Shown here piece after piece: positions 8,857 through 18,134 of a stretch of 54,970 bases of DNA; position 1 is the stretch's first letter; the number at the start of each line of letters is the position of its first letter. Position numbers and translations under genes: made by a program. The DNA comes from an uncultured virus (IMG/VR IMGVR_UViG_3300044617_000992) (taxonomy: Duplodnaviria; Heunggongvirae; Uroviricota; Caudoviricetes), in the IMG/VR virus record IMGVR_UViG_3300044617_000992; one strand, 5' to 3'. Under the pieces are notes generated by a model that was given only the letters and a program-made list of their open reading frames with translations, made no database searches and was not told where the DNA came from.

Positions 8857-9473
8857 GACTTCCAAAGATTACCTTCTGCTTTTCTTCTTCTTGCTAATCC
8901 TGCTTCAACATTAGTACCAGGATTTCTATAAAGATATAAAGCATCAGGAACTTTGTCCCATTCTTTATTCTTTAGGCATTTAGTAATAGTATTAAAGTTA
9001 GAACCACCGTAAAAACCGGCACCAAGATTATAAGCAAAGCTGAGCAAAGCACCTCTTTGGCCATCAGTCATCTCACTCCAATAAGGTATTTTTTGTAGAG
9101 AAGGAAGAAACTCCCTTCTCAATTGATAATACAATAGATCATCTGCTTCATCTTGAGTGATTGTATTACCAATCATAAATCTAGTTCCATCTTTTCTTCT
9201 GGTACTTCCCCAACCTATTGTGATAGGTAATCCACCAGTAAGAGGATCATAATATGCCTTAAGATGACATCCTTCAAATTCCTTAATTAAATCGACACCC
9301 CTTTCAGGAAGACCTTCCAGTGTTGGTTCAATCTTTTGATTTCTAAATCTTCTAGAAAATTCATCTAGAATTTCTTTATGAACTGATGCTTGAAGAAAAT
9401 TCCAGGCATCTAGTTGATGTGGAAGATCTTGATGATGTTTTACAGCATCAATAAATTTAATAGTCATAATCAA
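8853..9473 (-). CDS. GH24 lysozyme (endolysin)
   Basis: LIKEFEGCHLKAYYD...TIGWGST, ALLSFAYNLG, GLARRRKAEGNLW. Confidence 0.92.
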   Translation of the reverse strand: MIMTIKFIDAVKHHQDLPHQLDAWNFLQASVHKEILDEFSRRFRNQKIEPTLEGLPERGVDLIKEFEGCHLKAYYDPLTGGLPITIGWGSTRRKDGTRFMIGNTITQDEADDLLYYQLRREFLPSLQKIPYWSEMTDGQRGALLSFAYNLGAGFYGGSNFNTITKCLKNKEWDKVPDALYLYRNPGTNVEAGLARRRKAEGNLWKS

Positions 9474-9982
9474 CCTTCTTGATAAACAGAAACAAAAACA
9501 GTTCCCTTTTTAGTAAGTGGAAGCAGGTGATCTTTCAGATGTTGGTTATGCATTCTAACACAACCATGAGTTGAGAAAAGTCTCTGCATTGGTGCCCAAG
9601 CACCAGGCCATCCACAAGCAGATCCTCCACCATGAACCATAATTCCAGCACGACCATATTTTGCTTCTTGACTTTCAAGTTCTACAAGATCAAAACTATA
9701 CCAACCATATGCCATTAAAGTTCTATCATATGGAGGATTTGCACCCACATTTTCATAGTCCTTATAGATGGTTCCAATCTTATAAAGACCAGGAGGAGTA
9801 TCTGTATTTGTTAGTTTAAACTCAAAGTCACTTCCTTGTCCTCTTGCCAATGCAGGAAGTTCCCACAAAAGTTTTCCAGTAAAATCATATGCCTTTGCCG
9901 TTTCTGAAATATCATTCACAATGATATGAGTATCACCAGATTTAAATCCAAAATCTTGTGGTTTCTTTTTAGGTCCAATCAT
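9470..9982 (-). CDS. L,D-transpeptidase (YkuD) domain protein
   Basis: TPPGLYKI, GIMVHGG...STHGCVRM catalytic motif. Confidence 0.8.
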   Translation of the reverse strand: MIGPKKKPQDFGFKSGDTHIIVNDISETAKAYDFTGKLLWELPALARGQGSDFEFKLTNTDTPPGLYKIGTIYKDYENVGANPPYDRTLMAYGWYSFDLVELESQEAKYGRAGIMVHGGGSACGWPGAWAPMQRLFSTHGCVRMHNQHLKDHLLPLTKKGTVFVSVYQEG

Positions 9983-9991
9983 TTGTTTCTC

Positions 9992-10147
9992 CTAAATTCT
10001 AAATTCTTCTAATCTATCTAGTATCTGATTGAAATGTTTATTTGCAAATGACTTACATTCTTCAGAACAATGCTCATAGTTAAGTTTATTTTTTTGCTGT
10101 AAGATAAGAACCTTCAATTGGTCCTTCGTAAGTTGTCCTCTTGGCAT
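9992..10147 (-). CDS. Small hypothetical protein (51 aa, MPRGQLTKDQLKVLIL...)
   Basis: Hand-translated; fills the gap; its stop overlaps the AGGAG RBS of the next gene. Confidence 0.6.
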   Translation of the reverse strand: MPRGQLTKDQLKVLILQQKNKLNYEHCSEECKSFANKHFNQILDRLEEFRI

Positions 10148-10185
10148 AAAAAATAAAACTCTGCCTCTTATTTAGAGACAGAGTT
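10148..10185 (-). terminator. Terminator-like hairpin with late-promoter TAAATA in its loop
   Basis: AACTCTGTCTCT-AAATA-AGAGGCAGAGTT followed by a T-rich tract. Confidence 0.65.
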
Positions 10186-10205
10186 AAGATTTATTAAGTG
10201 TTATT

Positions 10206-10751
10206 TCAAACAGTAGTACCAACCTTGATTGTAGATTGTACATACTCTAGAACTGCTTCCGGAGTAGTTGCAACATAAGGGTCTTCAGGTGCATTATCTC
10301 TTTTGCCAGGTTCTTCAAATAGTTTTTCAATCAAACCATTATCTACCACAGCAGCATATCTCCAAGAACGCTCACCAAAACCAAGATTGGTCTTGGCAAC
10401 GAGTTGACCCATAGAGCGAGTGAAATAAGCATTGCCATCTGGAATGAGTTTTACATTTTTGATCCCTTGGTCTTTCTCCCAAGCATTCATCACAAATGCA
10501 TCATTAACAGAGATGCAATATATAGCATCAATACCAAGAGCATCAAACTCTTCATATCTCTCCTCAAAACCAGGCAGTTGATAAGCACTGCAGGTAGGAG
10601 TGAAAGCACCAGGAAGTGAAAAGATGATTACACGCTTTGCAGCAAAAAGATCATCTGTTGTTTTAGTTACAAACTCACCATTTTCCCTAAAAATAAATTC
10701 AACATTAGGGACAGTATATTGTTCTTTACGCACTTTAACCTCCATATTCAT
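10206..10751 (-). CDS. Peroxiredoxin (Prx5/type II)
   Basis: FSLPGAFTPTCS, ISVNDAFVMNAW, PDGN, GERSWRYA. Confidence 0.93.
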   Translation of the reverse strand: MNMEVKVRKEQYTVPNVEFIFRENGEFVTKTTDDLFAAKRVIIFSLPGAFTPTCSAYQLPGFEERYEEFDALGIDAIYCISVNDAFVMNAWEKDQGIKNVKLIPDGNAYFTRSMGQLVAKTNLGFGERSWRYAAVVDNGLIEKLFEEPGKRDNAPEDPYVATTPEAVLEYVQSTIKVGTTV

Positions 10752-10891
10752 TTAAATTTTATATTTACAGCAATTATTTTTGCTTTTGGATTTCTTGCAA
10801 GTGCAGTTTGTTTTGCATCTTGATAGTTTACTGCTTCAACTGTTTCATAAAATACTGTGCCTCCAACATACAATTGCACTTCATACTTCAT
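10748..10891 (-). CDS. Small hypothetical protein (47 aa, MKYEVQLYVGGTVFYETVEA...)
   Basis: Hand-translated; ATGA overlap with peroxiredoxin. Confidence 0.65.
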   Translation of the reverse strand: MKYEVQLYVGGTVFYETVEAVNYQDAKQTALARNPKAKIIAVNIKFK

Positions 10892-10892
10892 C

Positions 10893-11012
10893 TCACCAAA
10901 TGCCAGGAATAATTTGACCTGTGGTGAGATAAGTGCCTACAGCAATTACAAATCCTAGCATTGCCAGTCTTCCATTCAGTCTTTCGTTTTCTTCAGTCCA
11001 TCCAAATTTCAT
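10893..11012 (-). CDS. hli: High-light-inducible protein (39 aa)
   Basis: Hand-translated [39 protein letters not shown]; ExxNGRxAMxG motif. Confidence 0.93.
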   Translation of the reverse strand: MKFGWTEENERLNGRLAMLGFVIAVGTYLTTGQIIPGIW

Positions 11013-11239
11013 TTGTTTTCTCCTTGATAAGGGTGTTTTTGTTTTAATTCTGGGTTTGGATTACAAACCAATTTTTCTTTGATAGGTTTAATAACAATAA
11101 ACTTATCATTCTTAAGAGTGCCAGCAATCTTGACTTCTAGTTCTACGTTTCGATCCCAGGCACCACTATCAACCAATTCTTGAAGAGCAATTGAGAATTG
11201 CCCTAACATATCAACAGATGATGGGTTGATTGCCGTCAC
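11009..11239 (-). CDS. Hypothetical phage protein
   Basis: 76-aa ORF coupled by 4-nt overlaps on both sides. Confidence 0.65.
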   Translation of the reverse strand: MTAINPSSVDMLGQFSIALQELVDSGAWDRNVELEVKIAGTLKNDKFIVIKPIKEKLVCNPNPELKQKHPYQGENK

Positions 11240-11529
11240 AGGTTCTCTTCCTGTTCAGTAAGGATCACACAATCACTGGTGGGATATGCTACGCAAGTGA
11301 GGACCCAACCATCTGCCATTTGTTCATCATCAAGGAACGATTGCTCCTCATTATCTACGGTGCCAGAGATGAGTTTTCCTGCACAAGCAGAACAAGCACC
11401 TGCTTTACACGATGAAGGAAGGTCAAGACCTGCATCCTCTGCTGCTTCAAGAATGTACTGGTCATCTCGACACTGGACTGTAGTTTCTGTTCCATCGGGT
11501 GTTTGAAGAGTAATATTAAAAGTAGTCAT
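11236..11529 (-). CDS. petF: Plant-type [2Fe-2S] ferredoxin
   Basis: [16 protein letters not shown]...[12 protein letters not shown]. Confidence 0.96.
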   Translation of the reverse strand: MTTFNITLQTPDGTETTVQCRDDQYILEAAEDAGLDLPSSCKAGACSACAGKLISGTVDNEEQSFLDDEQMADGWVLTCVAYPTSDCVILTEQEENL

Positions 11530-11615
11530 TAATAAGTCTCACAAATTTTTTCTACGGATGCTGCCAACAAAACAAAAAAGGCAACAGATGTTATTGTAAA
11601 GATGATTGAAGTCAT
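11529..11615 (-). CDS. Small membrane protein (28 aa, [28 protein letters not shown])
   Basis: Hand-translated; AGGAGGT RBS upstream; TAATG overlap with petF. Confidence 0.55.
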   Translation of the reverse strand: MTSIIFTITSVAFFVLLAASVEKICETY

Positions 11616-11631
11616 TGTCAATACCTCCTAC

Positions 11632-11826
11632 TTAGAAGATTCCGAAGAATAGATTACCAGTGACCATATAAGAAATAGCACCACAAATAATACCGACCAT
11701 TGCCCAGCGCCCATTATACTTCTCCTTTACTTGATTGGGAGTGTCCATACCATAGTTTTCATAATACATAGTGGGTTCTTTTGCCCACATATTCTGTTGT
11801 CCACGATCATTAGTCGTTACAGTCAT
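11632..11826 (-). CDS. hli: High-light-inducible protein
   Basis: QNMWAKEP N-terminus and EKYNGRWAMVG motif. Confidence 0.9.
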   Translation of the reverse strand: MTVTTNDRGQQNMWAKEPTMYYENYGMDTPNQVKEKYNGRWAMVGIICGAISYMVTGNLFFGIF

Positions 11827-11835
11827 TTCCGTTTT

Positions 11836-11882
11836 ATTACGAATTGTTACATCAGTATATATGCCTATTGGTGGTTTGTCAA
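11836..11882 (-). promoter_or_regulatory. sigma70-type promoter of the hli-petF-prx unit with an HLR1-like repeat over the start site
   Basis: TTGACA-17 nt-TATACT (11882-11854); TTACGA-N4-TTACAT at 11837-11852 on the plus strand. Confidence 0.7.
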
Positions 11883-12658
11883 GAGGGATTTGTTATCCTT
11901 CCAAGATATGGATCATAGTTCATGATGTCACTTATACTTAAATCAGGTCCATTTTGCTTCCAAAAGTTTAATATTCCCTCATAACTTTGCTTATGAAACA
12001 TATCAATATGTTCTGGATGAATTGAAGAACCTAGGTCTAATTTATACAGTAACAATGGAATACTAAAGGTATTCCCACTATTGTAAATCAAATCATCTGC
12101 AACTGCCCTAGGTTTAACTCCGTTATCAAGTTTATATTTTTCCTTTCTGACATGATGCTTGAGCAATTTAGTTGCATGGTGACGAGTAATTAAATAAGCA
12201 GCCGTGGAAAAATCATTCACAAACCTCTTGTGAAGTTTTACGTGAATGTTTCCAGTGCAAATAATAGATAGTTGAATTACATCAAAGTCATATGGCACTT
12301 TGGATATCACTTCGTTCCAAGTAAAATTCCAATATTTAACTGGTTCTAAATTACAATCATCTTCCATAATGATTGCATAAGGAGCATCAGTGGTCTCATA
12401 CCAATGTTTAATTGCTTTAAGATGAGAAGTGGTGCAACCAATTTCACCAGATGTCATCATTTCGGGATATCTTCCAGAAATAACATCACTTAAATCATCT
12501 TGACGACCATCGTATGCAGAAATTCGAGTATAATTTTCAATTTCCCAATACTTAAATTGATCCTCCATATATTCTTTTCTCTCTGGCTGCCCATCCAGAT
12601 TTAGATAATATACGTGAGGAAGATTTTTGAGTTTATAAGTTGATTTATTTTTATCCAT
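11879..12658 (-). CDS. GT25-family glycosyltransferase
   Basis: YYLNLD...ERKEYM, RISAYDG, GEIGCTTSHL, IMEDD, STAAYLI. Confidence 0.85.
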   Translation of the reverse strand: MDKNKSTYKLKNLPHVYYLNLDGQPERKEYMEDQFKYWEIENYTRISAYDGRQDDLSDVISGRYPEMMTSGEIGCTTSHLKAIKHWYETTDAPYAIIMEDDCNLEPVKYWNFTWNEVISKVPYDFDVIQLSIICTGNIHVKLHKRFVNDFSTAAYLITRHHATKLLKHHVRKEKYKLDNGVKPRAVADDLIYNSGNTFSIPLLLYKLDLGSSIHPEHIDMFHKQSYEGILNFWKQNGPDLSISDIMNYDPYLGRITNPS

Positions 12659-13541
12659 TTTTAATTTGCCCTTTAATCCAATCTAGTACTTGAACATTGC
12701 AATTCCATTGAAGATGTGTTTTGATTTTATCAATATTTGCTCTGGAATGAAGAACTTCACCAGTTCTTTCTGGAATAAAAATTTGATACGATGAAATAAT
12801 ATCAGCAATATCTTTTATGACTATTCCTTCTCCAGTTCCAACATTAAAAACTTCTCCATAATTATCAAGACTTTTTTGAGATGCAAGTATGTTTGCATAA
12901 ACAACATCAGACACATGAATAAAATCTCTTGTCTGATATCCTTCACCAATAATAGTTAATGGTTGTCCACTTTTTTTCTGATTCATAAAAATAGACATAA
13001 CAGGAGCATATTGACCTGTTTTATGTTGTCTTTCTCCATATACATTGAAGTACCTGAACATTATAGTTTTCAATCCATAAAGTTCACAATACATTTTACA
13101 TAATTGTTCGCCAGTATATTTAGATATAGAATATGTATTTAAACAATTAATTTGATTTGTTTCTAAACTGGGGATAAAGAAAGTATTTCCATAAACTGCG
13201 GAAGTTGAGGAAAACATAAATCTATCAATATTATGAATTCTAGAACATTCAAGAGCATTCATCGTAGATAACGTATTGTTTGCCATACTCTCATTTGGAT
13301 TTTCTACACAAAAAGGAATAGAAACATCCGATGCCAAATGAAAGACATTACTAACACCTTCAAAGTGATGAAGATATTTAAAATAATTCTCCGAAAGATC
13401 TTGAATATAATACTTTGCTTTAGGATTTTGGTGGACTGGTTGGACTCTATCCAATACTATTACATCATGCCCAATATCAACTAAACGATCAACCAAATGT
13501 GATCCTATGAAACCACAACCACCAGTGACTAAACTTTTCAT
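12651..13541 (-). CDS. NAD-dependent nucleotide-sugar epimerase/dehydratase (extended SDR)
   Basis: TGGCGFIGSHL, SSTSAVYG, YSISK, RYFNVYG, RDFIHV. Confidence 0.92.
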   Translation of the reverse strand: MKSLVTGGCGFIGSHLVDRLVDIGHDVIVLDRVQPVHQNPKAKYYIQDLSENYFKYLHHFEGVSNVFHLASDVSIPFCVENPNESMANNTLSTMNALECSRIHNIDRFMFSSTSAVYGNTFFIPSLETNQINCLNTYSISKYTGEQLCKMYCELYGLKTIMFRYFNVYGERQHKTGQYAPVMSIFMNQKKSGQPLTIIGEGYQTRDFIHVSDVVYANILASQKSLDNYGEVFNVGTGEGIVIKDIADIISSYQIFIPERTGEVLHSRANIDKIKTHLQWNCNVQVLDWIKGQIKNG

Positions 13542-14293
13542 ATCAGTTTTGCAGGTAAAAAATATCCAGGAATTCCATTAACATCTCTCATTTCAATGAG
13601 AGGTTTTAGTGGAGATTTAAAGGTTTCATTTATTTTATAATAATTACTATCTTCTGTCAATATTTTTTTATATAGTTTTTCCGATGTACCTTTATCAATT
13701 GAAACTTCACTTATTTTACCCGTAGTTACTGCACTCCATTCATATTGCCTGAATAGAGGTTCATCAAAAGAATAAACATTATAAAATTTATGAATCTCTG
13801 CAAATCCAATATCTAAATGATTCTCAATTTCATATCCAAAGTGATATGAAATTCTTTTACAAATATCAACATACTCATCACTTAGATACATGATTGCATG
13901 AGTTGCAAGCATATTATAAACTCTTACAATATTTTCATCAACTCTTTCTGTATGAACATAAGGACCGGAATGATTTAAATATCTACCCCAATGTGATATT
14001 CCTAAGTATAAAGCATCTGCATTATCTGGCACATCGATCTCAGAAACAAACTCTCGATTTAGATCGCAATCATCTTCAAGTATTATAAATGGTGGTTTAA
14101 TTTTTTTACTTAAAATCTCACAATGAGATCTAGCACAACCAATTATTCTACCAGCATCATGTCTAATAGCAGAAAATCTTTCGACATATTTGAACCCCAA
14201 TTTCTTCAACAAAGATTCGGTTTGTTTTCTTTTTTGATCCTGATCATCTAGATTGATGTAGTATATAGGAACTTCTAACAAATTAATTTTCAT
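13538..14293 (-). CDS. GT25-like glycosyltransferase
   Basis: YYINLD, IGCARSH, ILEDD, ATHAIMY. Confidence 0.72.
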   Translation of the reverse strand: MKINLLEVPIYYINLDDQDQKRKQTESLLKKLGFKYVERFSAIRHDAGRIIGCARSHCEILSKKIKPPFIILEDDCDLNREFVSEIDVPDNADALYLGISHWGRYLNHSGPYVHTERVDENIVRVYNMLATHAIMYLSDEYVDICKRISYHFGYEIENHLDIGFAEIHKFYNVYSFDEPLFRQYEWSAVTTGKISEVSIDKGTSEKLYKKILTEDSNYYKINETFKSPLKPLIEMRDVNGIPGYFLPAKLI

Positions 14294-15122
14294 TTAAATA
14301 CGGATTTAATTTAGAATTAAAAAGATCATTATTACCATTCCAATATCTAAAAGAATGAGACATAATTTTATTATATTTTGATATGTATTTGTGGTTTATA
14401 ATATTTTTTATTTTTGATTCAGAAAGTGCTTTATTTAACCACTCAGTTTTAACAAATTCATAATCAGAAGATCTTTGATCCCAATTAGTTCCCCTATAAT
14501 AATGAAGAAAAGAATTTTCTATAAGTTGACACCCAAATGAAGGATCATAATCAATATTAAATGACTGATCATCTGTTTGATGAATCAATGCTGAAGTATG
14601 ATTCATCCACTTAACATTCTTAGTTTCAATATAAAATCTAGTATTTCCCCCAACATCACAAGAATCTCCAGGAGTAGTTCCAAAGTCAAGTGAAGAAAAA
14701 TCGGAATTTTTATTTACAATAACAACAAAAGGAGCAACATACTCAATATTAAAATTATCTCTTTGCTGATAGACTCCAGATATATTATAATCTTTTAGGT
14801 AATTAATAAAAGAAAATTTATTAATTAAAAATACATCAAATTCTAAAATTACATTAAAATCGATATCATTGGTTATTGTCTTTATGGAATTTAAAGTAGG
14901 AGAATGATCCCAAGCAGTTCCTGTTATTTCATAATTAGAAAATCTAACATAGTTAACTCCAAGATTCGAACATTCTCTTTTAATCTCTTTGGACTTTGAT
15001 GAATCGCAAAAATTATCTATACAATAATATTGAAACTCATCTTCACAAAAAAATCTCAAATGATCTACATGAAGTTTTAAAAAATCGGTTCGTTTAGCAT
15101 GAACTGAAAATATTTTAATCAT
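14283..15122 (-). CDS. Putative GT-A fold glycosyltransferase
   Basis: Cluster context; ILEFDVF (DxD-like), DVGG, HYYRGTNW. Confidence 0.45.
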   Translation of the reverse strand: MIKIFSVHAKRTDFLKLHVDHLRFFCEDEFQYYCIDNFCDSSKSKEIKRECSNLGVNYVRFSNYEITGTAWDHSPTLNSIKTITNDIDFNVILEFDVFLINKFSFINYLKDYNISGVYQQRDNFNIEYVAPFVVIVNKNSDFSSLDFGTTPGDSCDVGGNTRFYIETKNVKWMNHTSALIHQTDDQSFNIDYDPSFGCQLIENSFLHYYRGTNWDQRSSDYEFVKTEWLNKALSESKIKNIINHKYISKYNKIMSHSFRYWNGNNDLFNSKLNPYLNEN

Positions 15123-16033
15123 AATACAGATAACAAAGAATTAATTCTATTTACGTATGTATGATTATTCTTAATATAGTTCATGTTATCTCTTAGAATA
15201 TTTTCATCACTTTTTTTATAATCCTCAACAATAGATTTATATAATTTTTCTAAATTGCCATTGATAGTAATTCTATCACCAAAAAACTTATCAAGTTTTG
15301 TTGAATTAGATCCTGTCCATTTTCCATAACTGATATTTTTGAAAATCCTACATGGGACATAACCATTTTCCAAATGATTTTTTTCTCGAATGTCAAATGA
15401 AATGTATGAATTTCTCACAGCATCAATACTTCTATCATAGTCATAGAATGGAATTCCACGTTCTTCATCATCAAATCCAGTATAACCACCCAAATTAACA
15501 AAGGTCTTTCCATTATTAGCACATACGTGAGCAAAATCTATTAGATTATTGCCTTGAATTGTTCCCACAAAAAGTACTTCATCTTTTGTATCATCATACA
15601 AACAAGGACTTACATCATCTATTTCGTCAGGAAGTAAATCTGTGGCCCACATTATAACTGGAGTTTTTGTTCTTTCGCAATACCAGAAATAATCATCTAC
15701 TTTTTTTACATTATTCCATGAATAATTTTCGTGATAAACTAGGTAGTTGTGAACGTTATCATATTCAGTCTCCTCAAAGTCTTCTCTATAATTATGAATA
15801 AAATAAGTTGCAGTATCTTTAATTTGTAAATTACTAACTGCATTCTTTTCTCCAATTACAATTGCATTATCCAAGTCAATGTCAGAGTTTTCTTCAGAGT
15901 CATCTACCCAAACTACATCATATCCAAGAAATTTGAAAGCTTTGTAAAACCCATAATGAATATATGAATGAGTATGAGTATGATCAGGATATCCCCAAAT
16001 TACGATTTTACGATCCACTTCTAACCTCTGCAT
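15119..16033 (-). CDS. Putative GT-B fold glycosyltransferase (CgeB-like C-terminus)
   Basis: FVGT, YVPCRIFKNISYG, NHTYVNRI. Confidence 0.55.
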   Translation of the reverse strand: MQRLEVDRKIVIWGYPDHTHTHSYIHYGFYKAFKFLGYDVVWVDDSEENSDIDLDNAIVIGEKNAVSNLQIKDTATYFIHNYREDFEETEYDNVHNYLVYHENYSWNNVKKVDDYFWYCERTKTPVIMWATDLLPDEIDDVSPCLYDDTKDEVLFVGTIQGNNLIDFAHVCANNGKTFVNLGGYTGFDDEERGIPFYDYDRSIDAVRNSYISFDIREKNHLENGYVPCRIFKNISYGKWTGSNSTKLDKFFGDRITINGNLEKLYKSIVEDYKKSDENILRDNMNYIKNNHTYVNRINSLLSVL

Positions 16034-16718
16034 GATTTTTTTCTAAAGCAATGATTTTTGGTTCAAAGGGAACATTCCATCCCATTGGATTAAATCTAAC
16101 TGCTTCGGGATAACAATAAGAGGGAGTTAATTCTACAGTTGGAGGATTATTAATCAAATACCTATTCATATGACTTTCATCATGCCATACGGCAATTAGA
16201 TTATTCTCAAAATCTTTCTCAACATTATTAACAATCGTTTCTGCCATCTTTAAAAAATAACCTGGTTTTCCACCATTAAATCCACCAGCATAATACATTT
16301 TCCCCTCACCATATGGAACATATGCAGTGGACCTTTCTCTTCTTTCATAAGAGAATTCATCTGGACTTTTAAACCAAAATCCAGGATGTTGAGTAGCAAC
16401 TAAATCACCAAGAATTTCATCTCCAACTTTATCTTCGATTCGCATATCAACATCCATGTAGAAGCAATAATCAAATTGAGAAATATATTCTTTCTCTTTC
16501 ATGAAGTAGTGATATCTTTTTAATGTGGGGATAGGCCACTGCTCATGCTCAATCTGAGAGATTTTTACATTATCAGAAACTTCTTCAATTTCATGATTTG
16601 TAAAAACCAATGCAGAAATTTCGTGCCCGTTCAAAAAATTTTCTTCTACAGAATTTAGAAGTTGTTCGACAAATTGAATATATTTATTTGTCGCAATGTT
16701 TAAAATACAAATTTTCAT
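16008..16718 (-). CDS. GT6-family alpha-1,3-Gal/GalNAc transferase-like protein
   Basis: IATNKY, YMDVDM, YERR..STAYVP, YYAGGFNGG, AVWHDESHMNRY, LTPSYCYP. Confidence 0.9.
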   Translation of the reverse strand: MKICILNIATNKYIQFVEQLLNSVEENFLNGHEISALVFTNHEIEEVSDNVKISQIEHEQWPIPTLKRYHYFMKEKEYISQFDYCFYMDVDMRIEDKVGDEILGDLVATQHPGFWFKSPDEFSYERRERSTAYVPYGEGKMYYAGGFNGGKPGYFLKMAETIVNNVEKDFENNLIAVWHDESHMNRYLINNPPTVELTPSYCYPEAVRFNPMGWNVPFEPKIIALEKNHAEVRSGS

Positions 16719-16719
16719 T

Positions 16720-17322
16720 TCAATTAACGTTAATTACTAGTGCATTTTCATTTTGATTAATATCCATCCACTCAAAAGATTTTACCTTTTTATTTCTTTT
16801 CAAGTATGCTTCAAGATCAGATTTTTTATAGTGGTTATGATAAAGATTTTCCTGTTCCCAATGATCAATCTTTTCTTCGTCATTAGGTTTAATAAAAAAG
16901 ATATGAACTACATATTTACTTGCAACTCTAATCATTTCATTTAAAGCATCTTTATATGTGGGAAGATGCTCAAAAACATGACGAGAATATGAGAGTTCAT
17001 ATGAATTGTCATCAAGACCAGTATTCTCTACTGGCGCTTGAAGGAAATTAATTCCCCTCGATTCATTTAGTTCTTTCAAGTGAACACATGAATCAATTCC
17101 AAGATAATTAAATTCATAACCATCAGAAGTAAGTGCGTTATATTCTACACAAGGACCACACCCAAAATCAGCAATTGATTTAATTTCCAAATCTTTAATA
17201 TTTTCTCGAATAAAAACTCTAGACTCTGCATTTTCATTTCCCAACCATCCAAGATACTCATTGAATTTCTGAGTGTCGCTTAGATTGTTGTCCCACCATG
17301 TTTGTTTGAATAAGTTAACCAT
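16720..17322 (-). CDS. Class I SAM-dependent methyltransferase
   Basis: ADFGCG, GIDS, SRHVFEHL, LNEMIRV. Confidence 0.85.
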   Translation of the reverse strand: MVNLFKQTWWDNNLSDTQKFNEYLGWLGNENAESRVFIRENIKDLEIKSIADFGCGPCVEYNALTSDGYEFNYLGIDSCVHLKELNESRGINFLQAPVENTGLDDNSYELSYSRHVFEHLPTYKDALNEMIRVASKYVVHIFFIKPNDEEKIDHWEQENLYHNHYKKSDLEAYLKRNKKVKSFEWMDINQNENALVINVN

Positions 17323-17332
17323 TTTAATTCTC

Positions 17333-18133
17333 CTATAGAATAATCCAGTCTGAACAATACAAATCGTCCGTATTATGATTTATACAATCACCACCAAACC
17401 AGTTTTTGGGGGCAATTGTTTTTTTACTATTTGCCAACCAAGACCCCCACCAAGAAAAGGAGGAATTGGCTATAATATGATAATTGCAAAGTGACATCAA
17501 ACACAAATCAACATTTGTGTTTCCCAAATCAGAAACAAAGAATCGATCATCATCAAAAATACTTTGTCGGTTGCACCATTTTGGATCATCAGAAACTATC
17601 AAAACTGGAAAATTTTTATCCAGTAGATCTAAAGAATTTTTATAATAATCCAAAGATTGTACCGGATGATTTGGATTTACAATGTAATCCCCTCTACGAA
17701 TATGTAAAGAGATTACTTCAGAACCAGAAAAAAATTCCTCAAACTTACTTTTAGATGGTTCAAGTATTTCAGATTTAAAGGAAAATTGTTTTTTTATATC
17801 ATCCTTAATGTGTTTGAAATATTTTTCTGTCTGAAGATATCCATTAATATTTGTTCTATCTTCGCAGAAATTAAATAAATTTTTATCAAAAGCAAAACTT
17901 GATTCTTGCCTGATTTTATAATCAGTTATCCCAATATTTTGGGGGTTAATATCAAAACACTCATATAAATTAGTGTCGGAAGATTTTACCAAAGAATCAA
18001 ATTTACCAAAAACGTGTTTCGGGGGGATACAATATTCCATTTCACGATTACTTGCAATCCCCATCAAAGAAGCATATTGAAACATCTGATTGGCAAGTCT
18101 TCCTAAATTACCAAGATAATTAAATGAAATCAT
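17333..18133 (-). CDS. GT11 alpha-1,2-fucosyltransferase-like protein
   Basis: GRLANQMFQYA, GYLQTEKYF, LHIRRGDY, SDD, ANSSFSWWGSWL. Confidence 0.9.
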   Translation of the reverse strand: MISFNYLGNLGRLANQMFQYASLMGIASNREMEYCIPPKHVFGKFDSLVKSSDTNLYECFDINPQNIGITDYKIRQESSFAFDKNLFNFCEDRTNINGYLQTEKYFKHIKDDIKKQFSFKSEILEPSKSKFEEFFSGSEVISLHIRRGDYIVNPNHPVQSLDYYKNSLDLLDKNFPVLIVSDDPKWCNRQSIFDDDRFFVSDLGNTNVDLCLMSLCNYHIIANSSFSWWGSWLANSKKTIAPKNWFGGDCINHNTDDLYCSDWIIL

Positions 18134-18134
18134 A

